Shown here: positions 51,101 to 62,474 of the stretch, one piece after another
Layout: each line of letters begins with the position of its first letter
Position numbering within the stretch: the first letter of the stretch is position 1
NCBI RefSeq assembly: GCF_035084215.1
Contig: NC_090336.1
Span: 12,462,001 to 12,526,000, forward strand
Direction of reading: 5' to 3'
DNA from: Heptranchias perlo
Lineage: Eukaryota
Length of the DNA stretch: 64,000 nucleotides
Notes under the pieces: generated by a model
Seen by the model: the letters and a program-made list of their open reading frames with translations, nothing else
Database searches by the model: none
Told to the model about the DNA's origin: nothing
Position numbers and translations under genes: made by a program

Positions 51101-52516
51101 TGGATGTTGTCCAGGTCTTGCTGCATGCGGGCTCGGACTGCTTCATTATTTGAGGGTTTGCGAATGGAACTGAACACTATGCAATCATTAGCGAGCATCC
51201 CCATTTCTGACCTCATGATGGAGGGAAGGTCATTGATGAAGCAGCTGAAGATGGTTGGGCCTAGAACACTGCCCTGAGGGACTCCTGCAGCAATGCCCTG
51301 GGGCTGTGATGATTGGCCTCCAACAACCACTACCATCTTCCTTTGTGCTAGGTATGACTCCAGCCACTGGAGATTTTTCCCCCTGATTCCCATTGACTTC
51401 AATTTTACTAGGGCTCCTTGGTGCCACACTCGGTCAAATGCTGCCTTGATGTCAATGGCAGTCACTCTCACCTCACCTCTGGAATTCAGCTCTTTTGTCC
51501 GTGTTTGGACCAAGGCTGTAATGAGGTCTGGAGCCAAGTGGTCCTGGCGGAACCCAAACTGAGCATCGGTGAGCAGGTTATTGGTGAGTAAGTGCCGCTT
51601 GATAGCACTGACGACGACACCTTCCATCACTTTGCTGATGATTGAGAGTAGACTGATGGGCCGGTAATTGGCCGGATTGGATTTGTCCTGCTTTTTGTGG
51701 ACAGGACATACCTAGGCAATTTTCCACATTGTCGGGTGGATGCCAGTGTTGTAGCTGTACTGGAACAGCTTGGCTAGAGGCGCAGCTAGTTCTGGAGCAC
51801 AGGTCTTCAGCACTACAGCCGGGATGTTGTCGGGGCCCATAGCATTTGCTGTATCCAGTGCACTCAGCCGTTTCATGATATCATGTGGCTGCAAGGGCAG
51901 ATCAGAAGCTGGGTATTCTGCAGCGAGTGACTCACCTCCTGACTCCCCAAAGCCTTTCCACCATCTACAAGGCACAAGTCAGGAGTGTGATGGAATACTC
52001 TTCACCTGCCTGGATGAGTGCAGCTCCAACAACACTAGAAGCTCGACGCCATCCAGAACAAAGCAGCCCGCTTGATTGGTACCCCATCCACCATCCTAAA
52101 CAATCACTCCCTTCACCACCGGTGCACCGTGGCTGCAGTGTGTACCATCCACAGGATGCACTGCAGCAATTCGCCAAGGCTTCTTCGAATGCACCTCCCA
52201 AACCCGCGACCTTTATCACCTAGAAGGACAAGAGCAGCAGGCGCATGGGAACACCACCACCTGAACGTTCCCCTCCAAGTCACACACCATCCCGACTTGG
52301 AAATATATCGCCGTTCCTTCATCGTCGCTGGGTCAAAATCCTGGAACTCCCTTCCTAACAGCACTGTGGGAGAACCTTCACCACACGGACTGCAGCGGTT
52401 TAAGAAGGCGGCTCACCACCACCTTCTCAAGGTCAATTAGGGATGGGCAATAAATGCTGGCCCCGCCAGTGACGCCCGCATCCCATGAATGAACTTTAAA
52501 AAAAAAAAAAAAATAA
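48165..52516 (+). mobile_element. LINE of the same family with a tRNA-like head, flanked by a 31-bp TSD and interrupted by an inverted copy
   Basis: ATCCCTTACCCAGCTCCATGTGTATCTGTTC at 48134-48164 and 52517-52547; endonuclease/RT ORF fragments; poly(A) at ~52498-52513. Confidence 0.92.
50302..51883 (-). mobile_element. 5'-truncated same-family LINE inserted in reverse orientation (open 348-aa RT segment)
   Basis: ORF 50584-51630(-) with QFGFR/DIKAAFD/GVPQGSVLGP; T-run at 50301; TGTGGCT duplicated at 50295-50301 and 51884-51890. Confidence 0.92.
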
Positions 52517-53829
52517 ATCCCTTACCCAGCTCCATGTGTATCTGTTCATAGTGTATATCCCTTGGCTTTGTCCACGGTGAGATGTAGGATACTGTGTCAC
52601 TTCACATAGGTTGTAGTACAAGTGAAGAGGGATTAGAGGTGCCAAGCAGAGCTCTATGGGCATGGAAAGAATTCAGTGAGATATGGCCAGTCTGTGGAGT
52701 TAAGAGTTGATGTTGGTTCCTGAGACTTTTGAGCCATTCACCGTAGGGCAACAATTGTTTTTGAAATGATGTGATTCGTGTTAGTTGATCTCCCGTTGTG
52801 GTGTTTGTGGCAGGTCACAGCACGGACTGTGCCATACCCATATCTGTTGGACGTTATGTTCATAGATCTCTCTTGTCTCTGGTTCTCTGTCTTTCTCTTC
52901 TTTTGTTTCTCCCCTCCCTGTATCCCTTCCCCATCTTCCCAAGCCCTCTGTCATCACCTTCTCAAAACTCACCTTCTCAAAACTCCCCCCCCCCCCTCCC
53001 ACCACCCCCAACCCCGGGAGCCTTCTGCTTCTTCCCTTATTCCCTGGGACTGAATGAGCAAACTAGCGGTTAGCTTTTAAAAGTGTGTGTTTATGCTTAT
53101 ATTGTATAATTGCCAGTTTCCCATCTTAATGGTGAGAAACTAGCAAAGAGGAGTCAGCAGTCCTTGAGGGGAGGGGGATTGGGTGGGGTGGTAAGGGTGG
53201 TCAGGAAGTGGTGAAGCTGAGGCCTGCAGAAGCAGGCTGTGTGGGGGCAGGAAGAAGAGCCGCTGTGGCCCGAGGGGTGAGGGGGTCAGCGAGCAGTAGC
53301 TGAGGCCCAAGGCGGGAGGAGGGGTGAGAAGCAACGGTGGGAACCCCAAGGAAGCAGAGTGGCAGGGGAGGTGGGGTAAGTATGGCAGCTGAGGCCCAAG
53401 GTGGCAGCAAGGACAGGTAGGGGACTGTATCGGAGATCAGGCCAGGTTTATGACTCAGGTGACACACAGTGCCACTAAGCTCAGAGAGGACTGAAAGGCA
53501 ATTATAATTCTAAGTAAACATACTCTACAGCTTAAATTAACACATGACAAGAATAGCCTCACCTGACCTTCAAGTAAGTGCAGGGAGTGTGTGATATACG
53601 TAAAATATAACACAGATTACTAGCAGATCTCCTGTGGAATTTTTGTGTAGTCTGGAAGATGCAACACTGTTGTGCTGTTTAGCTTCTAATCTGATTTGTC
53701 CCTTTCCAGCTAGTTACTTGGGTTCTCCCTGTGGGGGTAATGTTCTAAATCAGTAAATCCAGTTAACTCAAGCTGCTCATGAACTGCTGAGGTCAAAAAG
53801 CACTTAATTTTTAAGGAAACTGACAGTCG

Positions 53830-54350
53830 CTGGTTAGGCCTCAGCTGGAAATCTGGACACACTTTAGGAAGGATGTGAAGGCCTTTGAGTGTGTGCAGAG
53901 GAGATTTTACCAGAATTATACCAGTTACGTGGAGAGACTGGTGAAGCTGAGATTGTTCTCAGAGCCGAGAAGGTTACGGGGAGATTTAATAGAGATGTTC
54001 AAAATTCTGGAGGGTTTTTGATAGAGTAAATGAGGAGAAACTATTTCCTCTGGCGGGAGGGTCAGTAACCAGAGGACACAGATTTAAGATAATCAGCAAA
54101 AGAACCAGAGGGGTGATAAGAAATTGTTTTACGCAGCGAGTTGTTATGATCTGGAATGCACTGCCTGAAAGGGTGGTGGAAGCAGATTCAATCGTAACTT
54201 TCAAAAGGGAATTGGATATGTACTTAAAAGGGCAAACTTTGCAGGGCTGTAGGGAAAGTGCAGGGGGAGTGGGACTAATTGGATAGTTCTTTCAAAGAGC
54301 CAACACAGGCATGATGAGCCGAATGGCCGCCTCCTGTGCTGCTTGATTCT
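53830..54350 (+). mobile_element. CR1 LINE 3' fragment
   Basis: Same C-terminal ORF2 and tail as the 22.4 kb and 28.1 kb copies. Confidence 0.85.
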
Positions 54351-54392
54351 ATAAAACTGCGGAAAATTTTAAAATTCTTGTTCATTTCACAG

Positions 54393-54569
54393 CCTCCAGG
54401 TCGGAAGCACTCGGCATGAAATGACTGGCTTTCTCTTTTTTTTAAAAGATTGTTTTGCACCTGCAACGAATTATGATGACCGGACTGTGACTTGTGGAGT
54501 GTGACACCGGCCAGATGTAGCGTTCTTATACTTGTATATGACAGCAGATCTCCAGTGGCATTGCTCACG
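54393..54569 (+). other. TRAF6: Candidate TRAF6 5'UTR exon
   Basis: Strong acceptor ttcttgttcatttcacag and strong donor ACG|gtaagt in unique sequence upstream of the coding exon. Confidence 0.55.
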
Positions 54570-55930
54570 GTAAGTCAGAGGATGTGCTACTTTAAAAGAT
54601 CAAGAGAATTATACTGTGTAAAGAACAATGTGTTATTCTGCTGTTGAGGTGCAGGTCTTGTGTCCCTTTAAGGTTGCAGACTGTAATTGCTTTGCATTTT
54701 TGAAATCAAGGCTGTGGCCACTAACAGGCCAGACTGGCATTCTCTTTTTTAACTGTGTTTGCTAAGATTAAGGTTTAAGCAATCACAGCTTAATTGCTAT
54801 TTGGTCAGAAAGCTTGGAATGTGCTCATTAGTTTCAGGCTTGTTATGCAGCTGTTACAAAGAATAAGTGTCTGTAATATATTCAGTTTTAGTATATTACA
54901 GAGAGACTTATTCTCTCTCCCTCTCTTCCTACTCTTTCCCCCTCCTACATACCCGCTCCCTGACTTTCATCCCTCTCTCCCGATACCCTCTTCCTTGCAC
55001 AACAGATGCCTGTGATGCTTCACATGCTCAAAATGTACTCCCTTCAAATGTTCTGCCAGAAAAACGTATAGTCAGAGCGTAGGCTTTTGAAACAGGCCTT
55101 GAAATTAAAATTTTAATGAAAGTATTAAAAGATGCGAAAGGCAATTCAGTTGGCAAATTAAATCACGTTATTGTGAAAATGTATTCTTTTGATTATTTTT
55201 TTTTTGTTTAAAAGCTTATTTTGGTTTAGAAATTTCAGTTACTGAGAAAAAAACGGGCATTTTTTTAATCAAAAAGCATTTTGAGCAATCTCGCTGGTTT
55301 GTCTTTACCATGTTTTTTTTTGTTGGTTCTTTCTGGTTCACAATAGATTGTTTTCATTAGTCCTTAGTAATTTTGCGGTGGCTATTTTTTTTTAGCTGCT
55401 TTCCATGTGTTTAGTTCATATTTATTCAGTTCTGATTTGCTGCTTTCACTTGAGCCGATCCATAACATGATGGCGAAAGGCTGATGTTACAGAAGTGTCA
55501 CGAACAGGGTGTGCACGCAGGTGCAAGACTTTTCATGTATTCCCAGCAGATTTTCTGCCACGTTGCTCCCAGAGAGTTGGAGCATATGCTGGTTTAGAAC
55601 AATAAAGTAGCCAAGCCACGTAACACCCAATCAGGGCCTCTGATTCATGGTGACTGGATAAGTCAAATTATGTTCTATCAAATCAACAGTGTGATGGGCA
55701 AGTGTTGCAGGAAGATTGTGCTATATGCAAGACTTCTGTGACGTTGTGCAGGGTGAGTCAGGGGACAAGCTATTTTCCAAAAATGAAAGGTCTTTCTGGC
55801 ACGTAATATCGAGGCTACTGATTTACAGTGATTTAAGTCAAGTGGTATTGTGGGATTTTTATTGGTGCTTTGGAGATTGAATTCCATAACGTTGTCCATT
55901 TTTCTGTGAAACCTGTACAAGTGGCATATA

Positions 55931-56203
55931 TTAGCTGGACTCCTTTAGCTGGACTCCTTTAGCTGGACTCCTTTAGCTGGACTCCTTTAGCTGGACTCCT
56001 TTAGCTGGACTCCTTTAGCTGGACTCCTTTAGCTGGACTCCTTTAGCTGGACTCCTTTAGCTGGACTCCTTTAGCTGGACTCCTTTAGCTGGACTCCTTT
56101 AGCTGGACTCCTTTAGCTGGACTCCTTTAGCTGGACTCCTTTAGCTGGACTCCTTTAGCTGGACTCCTTTAGCTGGACTCCTTTAGCTGGACTCCTTTAG
56201 CTG
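55931..56203. repeat. Perfect 14-bp tandem repeat TTAGCTGGACTCCT, ~19.5 units
   Basis: Directly visible. Confidence 0.98.
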
Positions 56204-56349
56204 TTACTCTTCCCATTGTTACAGCAACACCGTGTGCAATGTTTGTGAATTGGAGGTATGTACTTGTTACTTAGCGATACAGGGAAGGGGAGGGCCTGTG
56301 CATCAGTAGCAGGGGAGAGATGTTCCTGGAGTCTGGCAGCTCTGAGGAG

Positions 56350-56730
56350 TGTCGAAGAGCATGCCAGGAGCAGCTGAAAATGAAGTGCCAACCTGGTGCA
56401 GCTACTACACTGGCCTGCTAAACCGCAAAAACAGCATCCTATAGACAGCTAAATGATCCCACAACCAATAGCTCGGGTTAAAGCTCTGAAAACCTGCCAC
56501 GTCCCGTCGTGAATGATGGTGGATGAATAAGAAACTAACGGGGGGAGGAGGAGGCTCCATCAACATCCCCATCCTTAACGATGGCGGAGCCCAGCACGTG
56601 AGTGCAAAAGACAAGGCTGAAGCCTTTGTAGCCATCTGCAGCCAGCAGTGTCGAGCGGAAGATCCTTCTCGGCCACCTCCTGAGGTGCCCACCATCACGG
56701 ATGTCAGTCTTCAGCCCATTCGATTCTTGT
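56350..56730 (+). mobile_element. Older internal fragment of the same CR1-clade LINE family
   Basis: KKLTGGGGGSINIPILNDGGAQHVSAKDKAEAF...PTITDVSLQPIRF matches 32.9 kb and 49.2 kb. Confidence 0.85.
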
Positions 56731-58263
56731 AAAGTGCTAAAAAACATAAAACCTGACTGCGAAAGGGAAGAAGGAAGTTTTTAAAAGATTCATCAGACAC
56801 CAAGGAGAGACCAAACAGGCAGCACCAGCACAGCTGGAGGGCAGCATCTGAAAATTGTGAGTAATTGTTCTGACTTTACTGCTGTCTAAGCTCAGAGGCT
56901 GGAATGCTGGCTGCGCCCTGGGGCCATGGAGAATCTGTGGCTGTGTAATGCTGACATAGCTTTGGGGAATTGGAGCATCTGAAGCGCCATCTTATAGTAG
57001 AAGTGGACCTGCTGGTGTGATGGGGACCGTGACGGCTAACAGCTGGATCTTCCGCTCGACACTGCTGGCTTAACAATGGAACATCCAATTAAGTTATGAC
57101 GGAGAGCGATAGTTTCCAAGTGTGCACCTTTCAACATGACAAAAGACTACAGGAGATGTTCACCATTCTTTAAAATGCATGCAAAAACACATACTGATTT
57201 TAATGAGACGTTGCACATGGAGATTCAAAGATTGAGTGTAGTCCTCAGATGAAATGGGGTTAGAGGGCTGGGGATATTTGGATGAGGGTGTGTAGATGTA
57301 ATTCAGTCCCCGTTTTAAAGTCGTACATTTTCTCCTTATTTTTATAATTCCGTTATAAATTCCTTTGTCCAAATTTATAATGGAAACTGCTTATGTAAAC
57401 CTGTCATCAGTGGCCGGAGAATGTGATTATAGCCTGATCAGTTTATATAGGTAATTTCTATTACAAATATGCCATTTCAAGATTATTTTTTTTCTTAATG
57501 GAAAGGATTTTAGGATTGAGTTATTTGTAAGTTTTTTAAAAAAAAGTGAATTCCCACAGGCTGGAAGAATTCAAGATGTGTATTGAAGCCAGATGGGCCA
57601 GTTTGTGGAATGTTGCAGCTCACTGTCTGTTTCAAACTGATCAACAAGCGTCAGTTGTCTCATCCCAGACCCATTAGTCAGGATCGCCCCCAGTCACTTT
57701 GAGAAGAGCAGGAGATGTTTTCCTTAAACCCACACCTGAAGGGCGGAGGAGAGGTAGCTGGTTTTATTGATGGGCCTGTTTGCTAATTGCTAATGGGGAG
57801 AAAGTCAGCATCAATAGCTGCCCCCGGCTGGGAGCACAGAAAACGAAGGACAAAAGTATAGCTGGGCAGTCAGGTGTTAGAACAACAAACTGTGCGGTTG
57901 AGGCCTGAAGTCTAGAGCTGGGAGCAAAAGTGCAGGTGGTCAGTTTTTGCAGTTAGAAGTACTGAGAGAAACGTAGTGCCAAAAACAATTAAATCAGCCC
58001 ATGAAAGGGACAGGGCACGTGTTTATTATTCGTTCCCATTTTTTAGAGAAGAAAGATGGCGCTAAGTAAGTGGGATTTGCTTTTGACTGTTCTGTATGTT
58101 TACTTGCTTTCTGTGAAATAAAGCAGCTTAACGATTCCCATCTGACCTCGTGTCACCGACTATTTCAGTTCATCTCAAAGATTGGAGAAATGGCACGTGC
58201 GAAAGACACAATATCAGATCATAAGGGGTCTTACTGTTACACCCCTAACTAACTATCGTATAG

Positions 58264-58452
58264 CCATGATGTGGAGATGCCGGTGATGGACTGGGGTTGA
58301 CAATTGTAAACAATTTTACAACACCAAGTTATAGTCCAACAATTTTATTTTTAATTCCACAAGCTTTCGGAGGCTTCCTCCTTTGATGAAAGCTTGTGGA
58401 ATTAAAAATAAAATTGTTGGACTATAACTTGGTGTTGTAAAATTGTTTACAA
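58264..58452. mobile_element. Penelope-type fold-back insertion with TSD
   Basis: 65-bp perfect inverted arms at 58304-58368 and 58388-58452; AACTATCGTATAG duplicated at 58251-58263 and 58451-58463. Confidence 0.85.
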
Positions 58453-58727
58453 CTATCGTATAGTTAGATATTACTCCCTATAGGCGCACACTGGACCATA
58501 AGATGCTCAGACCACTTGAGAGTGACCAGCACCACTCTACCCCTAAACTTTAACATGGACGTAGGAATGTATAATGGAAAAAAGTTGGGAGGAAGTGTGT
58601 GCAGACAAAAGATTTTTTAATGTATTATAGATAATGTGTCTCTCAGTACCCGTTCATAAAAGTTTGTCCCACATTAACTGTATATAAAATAGTGTGCCTC
58701 ACATCAGCTATATTTTGTTTACAGCTA

Positions 58728-59090
58728 ATGTGGGCCACACATTTTATACACAGCCCCGGTACGCGGTGGATATGGGCCACGTTATTTTGTACACAGCCCC
58801 GGTACGCGGTGGATATGGGCCACGCATTTTATACACAGCCCCGGTACGCGGTGGATATGGGCCACGTTATTTTGTACACAGCCCCAGTACGCGGTGGATA
58901 TGGGCCACGTTATTTTGTACACAGCCCCGGTACGCGGTGGATGTGGGCCACGTTATTTTGTACACAGCCCCGGTACGCGGTGGATGTGGGCCACGTTATT
59001 TTGTACACAGCCCCGGTACGCGGTGGATGTGGGCCACGTTATTTTGTACACAGCCCCGGTACGCGGTGGATATGGGCCACGTTATTTTGT
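58728..59090. repeat. 43-bp CpG-rich minisatellite TACACAGCCCCGGTACGCGGTGGAT(A/G)TGGGCCACGTTATTTTG, ~8 units
   Basis: Directly visible. Confidence 0.97.
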
Positions 59091-59539
59091 ATTGTGCGTG
59101 TCCCCTATTCTCTCTGCTGGAGTGGTGAATAAAACACAGTGTCCCACGTTAGCTGTGTAATATAGGAGCCTACATTACAGTGAAGACTTGTCTTGTACTG
59201 TGGGCAGAAGTGATGCTTCAGAGATGAATTGAACTATAGACTAACGGAAAAGAGGTGGTGTTTTATTAAACCACATCCTAAAGTCCTGCTTGTTCTCAGA
59301 ACTGTTCTGTGAGCAAAAAAGGAAAAGTTTACGAAGATGCTGACAACTTTGCCCAAAATAAACCCCAAGAAGTGGCTCTTAGTCCAAGTTTGTATTTAAA
59401 GAGCTGTGCTGGGAGCTTTGTGTGATTGCGTCACGTGATGTGGTGTGCTGCATCTAGTTCTGTTCCTGATTGATCTGTAGTTAGCTGACGTGAACCTGGA
59501 TGGCTGCAGGGACGATACAGTAGGGGGGGGGGGGAAAGG

Positions 59540-59885
59540 CAGAGGGAGTACGGGGGTGGGGGGGGGGAGGAGTCAGAGGGAGTACTGGGGTGGGGGGCGA
59601 AGTCAGAGGGAGTACTGGGGTGGGGGGCGAAGTCAGAGGGAGTACTGGGGTGGGGGGCGGAGGCGGAGGGAGTACGGGGGTGGGGGGGGGCGGAGGCGGA
59701 GGGAGTACGGGGGTGGGGGGGGGGCGGAGGGAGTACGGGGGTGGGGGGGGGGCGGAGGGAGTACGGGGGTGGGGGGGGGGCGGAGGGAGTACGGGGGTGG
59801 GGGGGGGGCGGAGGGAGTACGGAGGCGCGGGGGCGCGGAGGCGGGGGGGCGCGGAGGCGGGGGGGCGCGGAGGCGGAGGCAGAGG
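59540..59885. repeat. G-rich minisatellite (GAGGGAGTAC(G/T)GGGGTGGGGGGG..CG)
   Basis: Directly visible. Confidence 0.93.
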
Positions 59886-61566
59886 CCTTACGGGGGCCTC
59901 CATGCACCTGGATTGTGGAGAGGAGAAAGGAATCAGCTGGGGTTCTCGCTCTGATTGCTAAACGATGATTCTGGGTGTGGCTCACTGATTCTGCACTCAG
60001 GCTGCTAACACTCACTTTGAAGGTCATGCGTGAAACATGACAACGTAGATCATGTCTCATAAGAACTTCAATGTGAGTTTGGGCAGTGGGGGGAGGAAGA
60101 GAGAGAGTATGGAAGCCATGATGGTGCCATTTGTTGGTTAACGAAACATGCTGATTCCCAATCACGTTTTCTAAACAACCAAAATGGGTTTAAATTTCTA
60201 ATGTGTTTTTTGCGGTACTTTGAAGAGTTGTGAAGGAATCTCTGGAGCACTTTCCTTTCCCTGATTTCACTTTAACTGTGTTTCCACTACATTACCACCA
60301 TTGAATCACTGTGAAGTGAGGGCATTCCCTTTTAAGGTGGCAGGAAGTGAGGCACCAGTATGAGAACTCGCCTGGTAGTTTATCTTTACATCTGGCCCTC
60401 TTCCACACGCTCCGGATATGTCCAGTCTGTGGTGGTGCTTATGTCAGAAGCAAAAGAACTGTGATTCATCTTAGGTGCCTACTTGCAGGCAAAGTTGAAG
60501 CTGTGGTTTGATATTTTTGACTGACCCAGCAGACATCCCTGTTGAATTGGCGACCTGGTACAATAGTTTCTAATATACTTGGGGAATTGGCAGGGAGCTG
60601 AGTAATGTAGTTTTTTAATGAGTGAATACAATCCTTTAGCAATCTGACCTCCACTTGTTATTTTTGTTGCTGGTCCTTAAGGAGGGAAGAGGTCTCGATT
60701 GTCCTGAGGAGTTATTGTCCAGTTCTACCCTGTTGTAATTATTAGAGTAACATGAATGTAAGTTTTCTTTAAATATGCATTATGATAATAGAGTTAGGAG
60801 ACATCAGATACTTCACAGTGCCTGAAGCTACATTGTTACAGGCAACTCTTTACATTTGGATTTCCATTCCAATTGTTTACATAGGCAGTTTCAATGTTAA
60901 ATGTTGACATAAAAGTGTGACCAAAAATTGTGACAGCAGTAAGTTGGACAGGAAATGCACACAAGATTTTTCATAATGTATATAAATCGAATATCTAGTA
61001 TGTATTCACATTTCAAAGATCTAAAAATATAAAAAGAAAGCTGACCACTTCCTCCTGTTTTTTCTGACTGTGGTAACCTAACCTTTCTCCAAGGGCAGTG
61101 GGGTACGGATTTACAAGCAGCGGTCAATGTATAGAAGCTTCCCCCAGTAATTAGCCCCTGGTTAACCACAGAGTACGCTAGTTACGACCAGTTCTCCATA
61201 GGGAGTATCTGAGCGGTACCGTTTAAAGGGGAAAGCCATGTTAAGTACAGCTCCATCTTAGCGGCTAAGCATTACAACCATGCTTCAGATCACCGACTAC
61301 TGGTGAGCAACACCACGGAAGGTCAGCTAGTGATATGCATGTAGAGCTGGAACTTGATTTAATGCCCTCTTGTAGTTCTGAGTGGATATTGGTTACTTGA
61401 GCAGTAGTTGGCGGTTACCCCGGAGTCTAACAGCGGTGTGCTTTTGGTAAACAGCTGTGGCCATTATATGCACCTGATGTTCTCTAATCTGCTTTTCCAT
61501 CACAGGATGATGAATCACTCTACACACTGAAGCCAGCACCGGCCACTTCTGGCAGTTACCAGGAGC

Positions 61567-61826
61567 ATGGTGGACTGCGACAGCAGCCGTGATTCCACGT
61601 TCCAGAGCTCGTGCTGCACTGTGAACAGTGGCACAAGGGATGATTGCAGCAACCATGGACAGTACTCCCAGACTGTGTTTGAGGAGATGCAGGGCTACGA
61701 TGTGGAGTTTGACCCACCACTGGAAAGCAAATACGAATGTCCAATCTGTCTGATGGCATTAAGGGAGGCCGTTCAGACTCCCTGTGGACACAGGTTCTGT
61801 AGAGGCTGCATTGTGAAATCCATTAG
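61567..61826 (+). CDS. TRAF6: TRAF6 first coding exon (RING finger); exon begins 61506, gene continues beyond the window's right edge
   Basis: [49 protein letters not shown] is nearly identical to the TRAF6 RING region. Acceptor cttttccatcacag, donor AG|gtcagt. Confidence 0.97.
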
Positions 61827-62086
61827 GTCAGTAGCTAATCTCATTTTTATTTTGTATTTATTTCTGTTGTCCAGTGCAGTGACCACCCCCGTCTCCCCTA
61901 TACGCAGGGTAAGTCAGATCTCCTGCTTGGACGTACCTGTGCCAGCATCCCAATGAATCGTTTTAGCCCCATTTGAGGAATGGGGAAGAGAGTTGTTGTT
62001 GTCTTTAAGCATTAACAAAAGGAAGTGATATAACGAGCTGCCCCGATAGCTTACTGGTTACACTTTTTTGATACGAACATCGTAGG

Positions 62087-62474
62087 GGTATGTACGGTAA
62101 TGCGGTATGGTAGTGTAGTGGTTATGCTACTGGGCTAGTAATCCAGAGAACATGAGTTCAAATCCTGCCATAGCAATTTGATAATTTTCAATTCAGTTTT
62201 TAAAAATAATCTGGAAGTAATAAGTTGGTATCCGCAAAAGTGACCATGAAGCTGTCAGGTTGCCGTAAAAATTCAACTGGTTCACTAATGTCCTTTAGTG
62301 AAGGAAACCTGCCGTCCTTACCCAGTCCTACACCAACATGGTTGACTTTATCTGCCCTCCGAAGGCGCCTAGCAAACCACTTAGTTGTATCAAACTGGTA
62401 CTCGAACTAGGAATGAGCAATAAATGCCGGCCTCGCCAACGATGCGCACATCCTGAGAATGAATTTTTAAAAAA
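62087..62474 (+). mobile_element. tRNA-headed SINE sharing its 3' tail with the CR1-clade LINE
   Basis: A-box-like tagtgtagtgg, B-box-like gagttcaaatcc, tail gcaataaatgccggcctcgccaacgatgcgcacatcc. Confidence 0.8.

Noticed and set aside
61827-61956. C-terminal part of the 129-aa TRAF6 ORF (hydrophobic tail)
   Set aside because: Intron read-through after the donor at 61827; TRAF6 similarity ends at KSIR.
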